A stretch of 56,945 nucleotides of DNA, filler included, from Jimgerdemannia flammicorona (lineage: Eukaryota), in assembly GCA_003990765.1 (NCBI GenBank). It is 3 parts of 3 records of this genome, joined end to end, with 100 filler letters (N's around TTAATTAATTAA, not from the genome) between each part and the next. Parts side by side here need not be neighbours in the genome. Positions count along the whole stretch, not along the records: positions 1 to 18,920 come from RBNJ01002074.1; 2 more parts are not named here. One strand, 5' to 3'. The translations under genes were made by a program, and so were the position numbers. The notes beneath the pieces were generated by a model. The model was not told where the DNA came from. It worked only from the letters and a program-made list of their open reading frames with translations, and did not search any database. Shown in pieces: positions 1 to 13,099 of this stretch. How positions within the stretch are numbered: position 1 is the stretch's first letter; each line of letters starts with the position of its first letter.

Positions 1-99
1 CCCCCAACCCCTTCCCTATGAAAAACCACTTTGTCAGATGCAATCCCCACCCTCCCACTACTCTGTTTGCATATCTTCACCACCAAACCTCACCGCCGC

Positions 100-3000
100 C
101 CCCCTGAAGGACCCCAACCTATCCACCATCCAGACATCAGATCCCCCAACAGCTCCTCTCACCTTAGCATCTTCTCTGGCAAACTCATCTACTACTCCTC
201 CTTAAACACAAATAGCCAATGTCCTGCCAATCCCACCCAAACTGCCAACACCCACCCGATAGTGAGCCAACTATCACCCACCCCCCCCACCAGCCGAGAC
301 CTCAAGTTCTCCCAGTGATCCCCTTCACTCACTGGCCTGTGCTCTACACCTAGTCTCTTCCCTATTTCAATCCAAAAGTTCTCCAAAACCTCACACTCCC
401 CCAGCCAATGTTCTGGCATCTGCACCAAGTCCCCAACTTGCCCTACATTATAACACTTCTTGCAATCAAAACAACCCCCATCCATCAGATGCCCAGTGTG
501 AAAGTTCAGTATGACATTCCTCCACAGCATTCTCCACCACACTACCCAGAACTTGGGGAGAAGCCAATGCTGCACCTTGGCACTCCAAGACCAGATACCA
601 GCCCAGTCCCACTCCTTGCTGATCCCGACTATCTGCCAACTGCTTGGCCAAAGGTCCTGGCCAAGACCCTGCTGATACTCCACTCCATCCCCAATATCAA
701 AAGTAGCAAGTGGAGCACCCCCTAGTAGCAGTCTATCCTATCACTACATACTAGGATCCCACAACACCTCCCCCTCATTATCTTGCTAGCACAGATCAAT
801 TCTGTGTACTCTATCGACTACTTCTCACCAAAAGCCCTTAAATCACAGCTGCCAAATTCCATTGAGCCCTACTAAAGAGAGTAGATCTCCTGAGGACCCT
901 TGGGGGGAGGTTCTCATCTCCCACACCTTCTGCATCAGAGGTATCCAACCTCCTCCCTGTAGTTCCACCACTCTCTTTAACCACCAGGCTTGCAAGCAGT
1001 GCAACCTCTTAGAGAAATCCACAAGGCCAAGACCTCTCCTGTCCACCAGCATCGCAAGAGTATCCCAACTGACCTGGGACCTCCTCTCTGCCCAAATCCA
1101 ATCCCTAGCCACCTTTGTCAGCCTCTTTACCACCCAAACTGGGAAGTCTAGGTGGTATGCCACATACCACAGCTTGGGGAACCAGTATGTATTCAGAATT
1201 GATATCTGCTCTGCTAGAGAGATATAGTGGCCTCCCCAACCTCGAAGGGCCTCCCTCCAAATGGCCACTCTGCTCTCCCACAACACTCGTGGCAAGACAG
1301 AACTATATACAGAGAGGAAGATGCCTAGATACCATACCACCTCACCAGTAGAGACAATTGTTCCAATGATGTCCCTGCCTACCAGCCCATTCTCCAATAC
1401 CATAGTCTCACACTTATGCCAGTTGAGCTTCACCCCAGAGTGATCCTCATACCATTCCACCATCTCCTTAAGCACCTTGACATCTACCACAGACCCAAGG
1501 CCAACCACCATATTATCCGCAAAGGCTCCCACCTTCCACACTATACCATATATAGAGAGCCCACCACCTTCTGGTGAATCCTATCCATTAATGGTTCCAA
1601 TAAGAGAGCATAAAGAATAGGGGACAAGGGGTCCTCCTGAGGAACCTCTCTTCTCAAGGTAAATACCTAATTACAGTGACCATTACACATCAATGCCACC
1701 TGACTGCCCTCAAGCAGATTCACCATAGAAGCCTGAAATCCTAGAGGAACACCAATATGATCCAACACCTTGCCCAGCCAAATCCACTGGACCTGGTCAT
1801 AGGCCTTCTCCTAGTCCAAAAAGACCAACCTTCTATCCAGGCCATAAGTCCAGGCCCCTTCAATGATACCATACACCCAAGCAGTCCCATCTCTTATAAG
1901 TCTGCCTCCAATAAAGCCCCGCTGCTCCTCCCCCAGCACCTGTTGGGCAACCTTCTACAGCCTTACAACAACCACCTTAGTCACCATCTTCCTGTCTATG
2001 TCCAAAAGCATGATCAGTCACCAGTTCTTCCAGTCTTCTCTCCTCCCCTTGTCTTTGTACAATAAAGCCACCAGCCTGAGGTCCTGCTCTCCAACCCACT
2101 CACCGCTCTGAAAAACATGATCACAGAGAGCAGTCATCTCTCCCAAAATACTGGAGACCTTGATCATCTTCTTCCAGAAGTCCCATGGTAGTCCATCCTC
2201 CCCTGGTGCTGTTCCAGTTTTTGTTGCTGCAAGGACACTCTGGACCTCCTCACCTCACACCAGTAAGGCCAAATCATCCAGTCCAGCTACTTGTAGCAGT
2301 CTCCATTCCCCTAATGCATCTTCAATAGCCACCTCATCAGCACCCCCTTCATCCTCACTCCACAAACCCTGCCATCTCTCTTTCAAAACCCCTAAGATTC
2401 ATTACATGCCATGTACCATGTCCCCATCAGCATCCAGAACTCCATCCCACTGATGTCACACCCTTCTAGTATTGAGCAGATGGGATAAATATCTAGTAGG
2501 CCGCTCACCCTCCTCAAGCCCCTGCCACCATAGCCTAGTAGCCATACCTTGCATATACACCTCCTCCTCTTCTCTCAACATCTGATGCAGTTCCAATACC
2601 TCCAATTTAATCCTCACTAACCTCTAATCCTCCACCCCATCAGAAGTAAGCATACCTGCCCAATCCATCTGCAATCTCCTCAGCCTGCTGAAAGCACACC
2701 TCGTGCACTTCCTCCTTTGTCTCCCAGCTTCTCTCCCAGTCTCTCCCCAATAGACCCTTGCAGCCTCTTTCAATTTCAACCAATGGACACCCACTAATAA
2801 ACCCTCATATCTCCAGTGAGAAACTTTCACCTGAATGTCCTCTATCCATGAATCCCACAACCCCCTCTCAGCCAGCAGAGAGGAGTTGAGGCACTAATGT
2901 CCAGATCCATCTCCACTCCCCCCAAACTGCCCCCACCCCAACAGTCCCCAGTAATCTGACCATGGGCACCATTCCACCTCCAGAACCTTCCAGACATCAG

Positions 3001-3635
3001 ACCCCCAGCATTCTGCCATCAGAATCTAGTCAATCCTAGTACCTAAGTCATTCACCCAATGTGTGTAGACCCTGGCATCACCCCATTGTATTCTACCCAC
3101 ATCTTCTAAGGAGCTCAGCCTCTCCACCTCCTCCCATGCATCCAGGTCTCCACTTCTCCCTCCTGTACTTCTCCCACCATCAGTGTAGTCCAGATACTGA
3201 TCCTGAACCATATTAAAGTCCCCCCCAAGCACATCAACTCCTTCTGCCAAGAGAACATCCTCCTCCAGCAGCTCCTCAATCCATGCAATCCTCTCACCTC
3301 TAACCACAGGATATATAGTAATAAGAGCCAACTCTCACTGACTCCCACTCTGGCCACTACCAATCTCCCCAGACCAAGCGGTCACCCCAGCTCCTGATCC
3401 CCTCCAAGTTACCTCTACCCTTCCTCACCAGAATCACCACTTTTCCAAACCAAGCAGTAGCCCCACCCCATTCCTTAGTCCACTTCACCCAATCATCCTC
3501 ATCCTTACATCAAATATCCTGTAGTAAAAAGAGATCTGCCTCCAATCCCTTGAGCCAAGTAAAAATGTTCTTACACCATCTAGACCCCCTCAACCCATTC
3601 ACATTCAAAGAGAAAATATTAGTTGTACTGTTCAT
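100..3635 (-). pseudogene. LINE ORF2 (APE endonuclease - reverse transcriptase - CCHC), stops and frameshifts; 3' limit approximate
   Basis: Motifs SLNVNGL, GGDFN, KNW*LIMLLDIDRK, LD*EKAYD, FAD(N), CxxC...H...C on the minus strand. Confidence 0.88.
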
Positions 3636-3666
3636 AAGAAATAATGTTAAAAAGTGATCCCATCCT

Positions 3667-5699
3667 CTATAAGTCCACATTTAGCTCCTCCTGCACCAAG
3701 TCCAATTCATGTTCAGCAGCTAGTTCCCTTTCCCCAGCTTTCTGTGCCTCCAATCCTCCCAGAAGTTCTACTATCGCCTCATCTTCCCTCTCCTCAAATT
3801 CCTCTTGATACTCCAGATAGGCCTCCCTCCAGAGCTGCAAACCATGCTGCTCAGCCCAGCAGTATGTTGCCTGCTCACCTGCAGCCACCACCAGCTCTGC
3901 CTTCCTCACCTCATCGATCTCATATCTCTCCTCCTTTAAGAGGATTACAAGAATCTCCCCCCTCAGCGCCTCCACCACTCTCTCACCATACAGAATCTGC
4001 TCCCAGTACTCCTCAGACATAACCCACAGGTCCACTTCTCCCAATGCATCAGCTGCAAGGTTATCCATCACCTTGCTTATCCACAGCAAGTTTCCTACCT
4101 CCTTCCCTCCTGGAGTCCCTGGCTGGCCTACATCCAATATCGTGGTATCAGTACCCATACTGGCCGCCTCATCCCACTCCTCCTCAGGGACATCCACCAG
4201 CTCATCCTCATCAGCTGCCACCACCTGGCCCCCTTTCACCACATCAGGGACCCCAAAATGCACTCGCTGGGTCTCCTTCATCAGCACATCCTCTGAAGTC
4301 CTTCTCTTTGCAGCCGGGCCCCTCCTGATCAGAGGGGGGAGGATGGAGTCCAATTCCGGCTCCCAGACCTCAAAGGTACTATTGGCAAAAGGGTCCTTGC
4401 TCAGCACCTTCCTATCTCCTTCCTTGCCTACCTCCACCTCCCCTTCCCCTTTACTAGCCCAGACACTGGCCTCAATGCCCCCAGACACCTCAGCCCCAAC
4501 TGCTTTCTTCTTTGCCTCGACTATCATGCTTGCCAGTAGCTCCCTCTGCCTCCTGCACTCCTGTGCCCACTCCCACTGCCCCTTGTCTATACGAAACGCT
4601 TCCCCTCCACAACCTCCAGATGCATTGACTCCTCATATATCTTCCAGGCCCTTGCCCTCCTCTCCACAGCTCCACTCATCTCCTCCAGTACCTCTAACAA
4701 GTTCTTCTCTTCCTCCTCACTCCCCTTCACCCTCGACACCTTACAGACGAATGCCCCCCACATCAGCACAGAAGGTCAGTTACTTGCCTTCTCCATGGCC
4801 TCCTTGCCCACCAGCTGAATCCTAACATCAATATCGCCTGTCCTGATTGTTGTCCCCTCCCACATCTGAAAGCCAATGTCTACCATATCACCATACTCAA
4901 TCATCACCTCCTCCACCCTCTTCCTAGTCTCCTCCTTAGTCACTGTGGGCACTCCCTTCACCAGAAGCTGCACCACCCTGGGGTCCCATCATAAGTACCA
5001 CACCATGGAGACCACCACCTCTCCAACCACAACTCTAGTCTCCAGCACCTCATTCAATGGGCCTGCCTCCTCAAAGCCCACCTCGACCCCCTCCAGACCC
5101 TTCAAGAACTTCACCGAGGCCACCCCAGCCACCTGTTTCAAAATAAGCCCCAAAACCATTCTCACCATCACTACTAAGCCCCAGAAGCACAAGGTTATGG
5201 TGAACTCCAAAATCGACTTCTTGAGTAATGGGGTCACTGCCAGCCCTATTACACTATCTGCCAGGTCTCCCTTCTGCATCAGGAACCCCTGCCCCATCTG
5301 GTCATCAGTCGTCACATTTCTTTTTTTTTCCTGATTCTCTGTCACACTCCCATCAATAGTCACACTCCCAGCCACTGCATCTCCAGCCCCTACTCTTGCA
5401 CTCCCAGCCAGAGCACCACCCCTCCTCCCAAGGCTCGCCTTGCCCTTCCCCTCAGCAGCTCCAGCCCTATTACCAGCTGGCCACCCACTTCCCTTGACCT
5501 TGTCCACGAAGCTTGGGAACCCAGATCTTCCTCCATTGTCACCGGCAGACCCTAGACCTCCCACCCCACCCCCTCCTCCACCACAGCCTCTCACCAGCAG
5601 GCCCCTCATACTTCCTCCCAAGCCAGGGCCTCTTCCTACTTGCTGCCATTCAAATGCTCCATGCTCAGTATACACCTCAGGATGCTCACTGGTTGCCAT
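3667..5699 (-). pseudogene. LINE ORF1 (Gly-rich N-terminus, RRM-like middle, acidic C-terminus), interrupted by stops
   Basis: ORF-track pieces 4989-5699, 4776-4976, 4587-4769, 3667-4527 are collinear with homologous pieces in the copies at 41.7-43.6 kb and 44.3-46.2 kb. Confidence 0.8.
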
Positions 5700-5784
5700 G
5701 ATACTAGTAGCTTGTCTCCAGAAACTGTGTTGAAAGTGTTGCCAAAAGATTGTGTAACCTGAATGTTACTGGAGAAAGATGTTC

Positions 5785-8551
5785 AATAGCCTTGCAGGGA
5801 TGGTGGTGAACTACCATCGATTTGTCAAGAACTTCTCTGGTATCACAGAATCTTTGACAAATCTCCTGTAAAAAGAACCCAGCTCTGATCTCTATGTCCT
5901 CTATATCTGGGATGCCTTCTGTCAATAAGCTTTTCAAGAACTCAAGAACTGCCTGACCCATGTATCTGTCCTTAGAAACATGGACCTAAACTTGAAGTTC
6001 ATGGTCACTACAGATGCATCTAACTTTGCTATTGGTGCAGTCATTTCTCAAGATGATGGGCAAGGGCACTGACCTATCGCCTTTGAGTCAAGAAAATTAT
6101 CCCCAGTGGAACAAAAGCTAGCTACTCACAAAAAGGAACTCCTGGCAATCATGCATGCCCTCAAGACCTGGTGATACTATCTAGAAGGAGTTGAGTTTGA
6201 TGTAATTACCAATTACAGATCCCTTCAGTACATCAATACTTAATCAACCCTTTCTCGCCAACAAGCCAAGTGGAGTCAACTACTGCAGACCTTTACCCCA
6301 AACATCATCTACAAGCCTGGCAAAACTCTAGTTGTACCAGATGCACTGTCAAGAAGACCCGACCTTGCTGCAATTCTACAAGTTACTGTGGCACCTGAAT
6401 TCCTCAACCAGATCAAGAAGACATATAAATAAGACTCTCTGGTTCTACAAAGGAACACCAAGGAATTCAAGGAAAAGTACACCATCAAGGACAACCTTGT
6501 GTACTATCAAGATAAAGTATATATTCCTACCAACCCTAAACTACGGTATAAGATTCTTCATGAACATCATGACTCTCCACTAGCTGGTCATCTTGGAACT
6601 GAGAAGACCATCAAGAATATCTAACAAGACTACTACTGGCCAAATATACTCAAGGAAATCAAGGAGTATGTCCAAAGCTGCAATCTTTGTCAAAGAAACA
6701 AGTCAAGCAACCAAGCACCCACTGGTCTTCTACAACCCTTGTCAATTCCAATCAAGAAGTTCAAACAAGTCACAATGGACTTCATTGTGCAACTCCTATG
6801 AACCAAAATAGGCTATAATGCTATTGTTGTATTTGTGGACCATTTCACCAAGATTACAATCACCAAGCTAACCACAACCAATACCACTGCCCCAGAAATT
6901 GCAAGAATCTTCTTCAAGACTACATATCTTCCACCATTATGGACTCTCTCAAGTAATTATCAGTAACTGTGACCCCAAGTTCTGGCAAGCACTCTTTAAG
7001 ACCTTTGGAACCCAAATTGCTATGTCTACTGTCTTCCATCTCCAAACTAATGGACAGACAGAGCGAATGAATAGAACACTTGAACAAATGCTCAGAAACT
7101 ATGTGTCTTATGAGCAAGATGATTGGGACCACTATCTGACCTACGCCAAGTTTGCCTACAACAATGGCAACCAATCATTAACTGGTCTTTCCCCATTTCA
7201 GCTACTTTATGGTCAAAACCCCGAGACCCCTGCAAGTCTAGTCCAATTTCAGCAATCTAGTTATACTCAAGTCCCCACAGCCCAGAACCTTATCAACAAA
7301 ATGGATTCCCTTCTCAAGATTGCCACTATAAACCTGCTAAAGGCCCAGCAACATCAAGCTAAGTATACAGATAAGAAGCAGTAAGATGTTATATATAACA
7401 TTGATGATATGGTTCTACTTAAAGCTGACAATATCAAGGCTCAATCTCAAGGCAACCACCAGTCAGCCAAATTCTAGCCCAAGTACCTTGGACCCTTTAA
7501 GATCACCAAACAAGTCTCTACCTAGTCTTACTATCTCAACTTGCCAACAACCATACATATACACCCAGTATTCTATGTATTATAACTCAAGGCCTGGAAC
7601 CAGTCACTCCCATATCCTGGCTGAATTCTGACACTATCAGCACCAGTTATAGTTGAAGACCACATTGAGTATGAAGTCGAGAAAATCTTAGACAAATAAG
7701 TCTGATACTATCGCACAGAATACCTAGTCAAGTAGATGGGTTATCCTGAATATGATGCTACCTGGAAACCTGCCACCAATCTCAAGAACTCCCAAGACCT
7801 CATCTAAGAGTTCAAACAAAAAGGAACTCATTGATTGCCTGTGAGGTTCTCTTCTTAGATAGTAGACGACCTACTGTACTGATCAGACACATTATACATC
7901 GGAGCTCTCTAAGGGATATAGCATCAGAAGCAAGAGATACAGGAGAACCCTATAAATCCTACAACCAATGAGGTTCGAACCAATTCTCATCCGATCAAGA
8001 TGATACTTTGGCTCTCATCTTATACAAGGATGGCCAATTCTTGTCAATGAGTTGGTATATTTAATTTGAAGTTTCTTTTAGTCTTATTGTTTATTGTATG
8101 TAACTTTGAGAATTTAATGAGAATGTTGATTCTTAAGGAGGGGGAGATGTAACATTTTAGCATAGTTTATTCCTTTTCTTTGTCTTTCTTCAATATTCTA
8201 TGATCTTCTGGTACTTTTTAAATACTTAGAAATCCTTTCTTGGCACTGAGTATTAACTAGTACTTATTTAGTTAGTTACTGAATGTCCTGGAAACTTGTA
8301 GAACTTTATTTGTCATTATTTGTCATCTTTGCCAAGAACTTTCCTCTTGGCATTTTCCATTGATTTCTTAGATCCTTCCATATTCTTCCTTCAGATCTTG
8401 TATAAATATCCCCTTTGTTCTCATGAATAAAGTCTCAGAATATTTTCTCTCAGAAATCCTTTGAGAATACTTGAGTCCTTAAGTATCTCTTCGAGCTACT
8501 TAGAACTACCAGAACTAGTTGCTTCCTCATTTAGAAACTAGAACTGTTACA
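5785..8551 (+). mobile_element. Ty3/Gypsy chromovirus, 3' half (RT connection, RNase H, integrase, chromodomain, PPT, 3' LTR of family A)
   Basis: YHRFVKNFS; TTDASNFAIGAV and DALSRRPD (RNase H); HD...GH...CNLC, MDFI, NGQTERMNRTLEQMLR (integrase); YLGPFKI; EYEVEKILD...EYLVK*MGYPEYDATW (chromodomain ~7665-7815); PPT AAGGAGGGGGAGA 8135-8147. Confidence 0.93.
8148..8551 (+). repeat. LTR family A, copy 1 (3' LTR)
   Basis: TGTAAC...GTTACA termini, directly after PPT, contains TATAAAT and AATAAA; homologous to 8692-9094 and 16524-16925. Confidence 0.93.
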
Positions 8552-8691
8552 CTTTGGCCCTCGCCTTATATAAGGACAGCCAATCCTTGCCAGAGTCGAT
8601 ACATTTAATTTGAAGTTTCTTTTAGTCTTATTGTTTATTATGTGTAACTTTGAGAATTCAACAAGGATGTTAATTCTTAAGAAGGGAGAGA

Positions 8692-9094
8692 TGTAACATT
8701 TTAGCATAGTTTATTTCTTTTTTTTGTCTTTCTTCAACATTCTATGATCTTCCAGTACTTTCCAAATACTTAGAAATTCTTTCTTGGCACCGAGTATCCT
8801 CTAGTACTTATTTAGCTAGTCACTGATTATCCTGGAAACTTATAGAACTTTATTTGTCATCATTTGTCATCTTTGCTAAGAACTTTCCTCTTGGTATTTT
8901 TCTTTGATTTCTCAGATCCTTCTGGATCCTTCTTTCAGATCTTATATAAATATCCCCTTTGTTCTCATGAATAAAGTCTCAGAATATTTTCTCTCTGAAA
9001 TCCTTTGAGAACACTTGAATCCTTAGTATCTCTTTGAGCTATTTAGGATTACTAGAACTAGTTACTTCCTTATTTAGAAACTAGAACTGTTATA
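8692..9094 (+). repeat. LTR family A, copy 2, preceded by a second copy of the 3'UTR and PPT (8552-8691)
   Basis: TGTAAC...TGTTATA; 8552-8691 aligns with 8006-8147. Confidence 0.9.
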
Positions 9095-9177
9095 CTCTCC
9101 ACTGAATTCTCTTTACTAAGGTCTCTTTACTGAGGCCTCTTTACTGAGATCTCTTTACTAAAGCTTCTTTACTAAGT
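9095..9177. repeat. Minisatellite, ~15-bp unit (CTCTTTACTGAGGNN)
   Basis: About 5 visible copies of ctctttact(a/g)ag. Confidence 0.8.
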
Positions 9178-9199
9178 TAGGGAAAATTGGTAAGAATAA

Positions 9200-9703
9200 T
9201 TGTCTCTAATATTTTGTCTTCAATATTATCTCACCTCTAACACCTTGTCTCCAATATTGTCTTATCTCTAACATTATCTCACCTCTAATATTGCTTTACC
9301 TCTAATACTTTATCTCTAATATTATCTTACCTCTAATATTATCTCCAACATTATCTTATCTCTAATACTTTACCTCCAATATCTCATCTCTAATATCTCA
9401 TCTCCAATATTATCTCCAATATTATCTCATCTCTAATATCTTACCTCTAATATCACCTTATTTCCAATATTACCTCATTTCTAATATTATCTCACCTCTA
9501 ATATTACCTCATCTCTAACATTGTCTTACTTCTAATATTGTCTTATCTCTAATATTATTTTGTCTTCAATTTGCCTTATCTCCAACATTGCCTCACCTCC
9601 AATATTACCTTACTTCTAATATTATCTTACCTCTAATATTACCTTATCTCTAATATTATCTTACCTCTAATATTGTCTTATCTCTAATATTACTTATCTC
9701 TAA
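9200..9703. repeat. Degenerate minisatellite, ~17-bp unit (TCTAATATTRYCTYAYC)
   Basis: tctaatattatctcacc / tctaatattgtcttatc / tccaacattgcctcacc repeated over ~500 bp; variants differ mostly by C/T and G/A. Confidence 0.85.
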
Positions 9704-12700
9704 TATAACAATTTTACAATCATATTTAGTCTTAGTATATTTTTGCATCTTTTAGTTAGTCTTTTCTTATTATTTCTTAAATATTCTACTATATTCCACC
9801 ACCTTCTACTTGCTTAGAAACCTTCTCTTAGTACTCAGATATTACTAGAACATTCTTGTCTTTCTTTGGTACTAAGTATCTTATCTTAGCTAGTTATAGA
9901 ACCTTTTAGAATATTGTAGAATAGTATTAGTCAGCTTTGCTAAGAACCTATTTTTTAGCATTTCTTTTTCTTTTCAAGATCCTTCCAGATCTTTCTTTTG
10001 GATTATATATAAATATCCTTGTTCTTTACCTGAATAAAGTACAGAATATTTTCTCTCAGAAATCCTTTAAGAATATTTAAACCTTTAAGTATCTCTTTAA
10101 ACTACTTTAGATCAACTAGAACTTTCAGATTAAGTTGCTTTCTCTTAAAGAAACTAAAACTATTATACTTGGTAGCAGTGATATCATTATATGTACCTTG
10201 CCTTATTAAAAAACTTTATACAAATTCAGAAACTAGTCACAACTAGTTATATAAACCTGAAATGAGCCATAAAGAGTCAGCCTATCAGCCAGACCCCTCT
10301 GCTATAAAAGAAGTAAGAGGACTGCAAGTTGGTATAGAAGAATGATCAATACTATATATAGTTCACCAAATCTAAGAACTTCAAGTACAACTAGAATAGC
10401 AGAAAATAAGAACTATAAGTACATTATATTCTACTATAGCATCAGTCAGTTTTAAGTCACTCAAGCCTAATACCTTTAATAGTCATCAAGAAGGACTATC
10501 TATAGATACATGGATCTTCTAGTTAGACTAATACTTTGAGCTCATAAGAATGGAAGAAGATATATAAGTCTAATTTACCATTACACTTCTCTAAGAAAAT
10601 ACAGTTATCTAGTAGCATAATTATATTATAACTATATTTATATATTTATATATATGAATCAAGGATTGGGAAGCTTTCAAGAGAGCCCTTCATAGGCAGT
10701 TCAAGCCTGTCAATACTACCAAGCTAGCCAGAGACAAGCTAGCAAACATCAAGCAACTCAAGTCTGTATAAAGCTATAATATATAATTTCTATCAATCCT
10801 ACTTAAACTACCAGTAATAGCAGAGGATGAAAAGATAGACTGCTATATCCAAGATCTGAAAGGAAACACACAAGTCAAGGTTGAGCTAGAAGAGCCACAA
10901 AGCCTTAATAAAGCTATGAGAATTACCAATAGGTTTGATATCATCACCTTTAGCAATCACTTCAAACTGGAATACTGCAAGAAGAACCACTTTGAGAACT
11001 GTCACAGAAATCAACTAAGAACAGTTGGTCCAGCACTAATAGATTTGGACACTATGAACAAAAAGAACACCAAGCTCATCTCTGAAGAAAAGAACTATCT
11101 GAAGAAATCTGAAGCCTATTTCTTCTATTGCCAAACAGGACACATTGTAACCAAATGTCCTAAGAATACTAGTGAATTCTTAAGACCAGTCACTGTATTG
11201 TCCAAAGACACACCTGCCAACCCCACTACCAGTCAATTCAAGCTTTAGATCAAGAAGCTTCATCTAAAGGCTCAGACTCCTCAGTATTAAACAGAAGGAG
11301 CTATTGGTCTTGACCTACACTCTATCAAACAAGTTACTATTCTAGCCAAGGGCCAAACTCTGATACCTACTGGAATTGCAATTCAATGTCCTGAAGAACA
11401 TTATGCCAGAATTGTACTATGATCAGAACTCAGTATCAAACATCATTTAGATATAGGTACTAGTGTCATTGATCCAGACTTTTGAGGACAATTTTAAGTT
11501 CTACTTATCAACCAGAAGGATCAAGACTACACAGTTAAGGAAGGAGACCAAGTCATACAAATGATCCTAAAAAAAGCCAGTTAACTCAAGATTACCAAAG
11601 TCCAAGAACTCTCTGAAACCAAATAAGATCAAAAAGGTTTTAATAATATCAATCAAACAGCAAGTCTTAGTGAAAATTGAGCTCAAGTTATGCTTATTTT
11701 CAAAGGCCTAGTTAAAGAAAAAGAAGTCCAAGTACTCATAGACAGCAGAGCTACAGAGAACTTCATCAATCAGAACCTCATTGAAAGCCTCAAGATTCTT
11801 ACCAAGCCTGTACCTAAGAACAATAATATAGTCACTGCAGATGGTACTCTATACCCCATTGAGTCAATTGCTACCAAACTACTCATCAAGATTCAGAAAT
11901 ATTGGGAATAAGTAGACTTTGAAATTGTACTACTAAGAGATTATGATCTAATTCTAGGAAAACTCTAGCTTATGAAATATAACTCAGATATTAATTGGTG
12001 TAAGAATAAAGTTACCTTACTTCAAGATAGAGTCAATATCACTATCAAGATAGATAAGATCATGAACAAGATCCAGATTGCAATACTGTCAGCTATACAG
12101 TATAAAAGAGCACTCAAGAAGACAATATATGTCTTTATTATAATAGTCTGTCTCAAGAAATAAGACAAGAGACTATCAGTCAATAAAAGCATTAAGTTAC
12201 TACTAGAAGAATTCAAGAATGTCTTTCCAGACAAGCTATCTGGTCTACCATCTATATAAGAAGTTGATCATGAAATTGAACTGACCCTAGAAGCTGTATC
12301 ACTCAAGAAATATATATATTACATATTACTACTTAAAATTGAAGTAGTCAAGAAGAAACTAGAAAAATTACTTACACAAGAAGCCATCCAGCTAAGCAAA
12401 TCTCCTTATAGCTCATTAGTCTTATTCATCAAGAAGAAGAATAGTATTCTGTAAATATATATAGACTATTATATACTCAACAAGCTTACTGTTAAGAACT
12501 ACTATCTGCTACTCTTGATTGATCAAATCTTTGATACTCTCAAGAATACCAAGTACTTCACCAAGTTGAACCTCATATCAGAATACCATCAGATTCAAAT
12601 CAAGCTAGAAGATATTCCCAAGACTGTATTCATAACATTCTTTAGACTCTATGAATTCTTGGTCTTAGCATTTGGTCTCACCAATGTACCTACCATATTC

Positions 12701-13095
12701 TAGACCCTGATGAACAAGATATTCAAGAACTAACTATTTATTTTTCTATTGGTATATTTTGACAATATCCTGATCTTTAGTACAACTAAAGAAGAATATC
12801 TCAAATACATTCAAATAGTCCTGAAGATCCTGTGAAAATACAAGCTTTATGCCAAGCTCAAGAAATGTGAATTCTTTAAGAAATAAGTCAAATACCTTAG
12901 TCACATTGTCTCTATACAAGAAATCTAAGTAGACCTATACAAGAGAAGCAATTGAAGAATAGTCCATTCTGTCAAACCTCATAGAACTCTGATCCTTCCT
13001 TGGTCTAGCTGGCTACTACTACTGCTTTATTAGAAACTTCTCTAGCATTGCCAAGCCACTAACTAACCTCATGAGAAAGACCCCACACTCAGACT
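9704..13095 (+). mobile_element. Ty3/Gypsy element, 5' part (LTR family B 9704-10167, PBS, gag, dUTPase, protease, RT), 3'-truncated and heavily C->T decayed
   Basis: LTR end TATTATA then CT-TGGTAGCAGTGA; gag from 10262 with YFYCQTGHIVTKCP knuckle; dUTPase 11240-11650; LIDSRAT protease; LAFGLTNVP, VYFDNILIFS, SFLGLAGYY RT motifs. Confidence 0.92.
11240..11650 (+). pseudogene. Retrotransposon-borne trimeric dUTPase domain
   Basis: AIGLDL, IPTGI, YARIVL*SELS, VIDPDF*G, GDQVIQM, *DQKGFNN correspond to dUTPase motifs 1-5; same frame as gag and protease. Confidence 0.88.
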
Positions 13096-13099
13096 ACTA

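Larger units (their letters stand above)
1..5783 (-). mobile_element. L1/Tx1-like non-LTR retrotransposon (LINE copy 1), degenerate, 5' end intact, 3' tail beyond window start
   Basis: ORF1 fragments 5699->3667; ORF2 starts at 3635 with MNSTTNIFSLNVNGLRG (APE endonuclease), LGGDFN, RID; RT GAFADN(D)MVVG; C-terminal CKKC...HWLGEC knuckle. 5' end aligns with the TSD-defined 5' end of the copy at 44184. Confidence 0.92.

Noticed and set aside
3654..5733. Long Pro/Ser-rich plus-strand ORFs (e.g. 4073-4825) and equivalents antisense to other LINEs
   Set aside because: Shadows of the G-rich LINE sense strand; C-rich strand has few stops.
9095..9703. Repeat arrays that might be CRISPR-like
   Set aside because: Contiguous degenerate units with no unique spacers, no cas genes, eukaryotic context.
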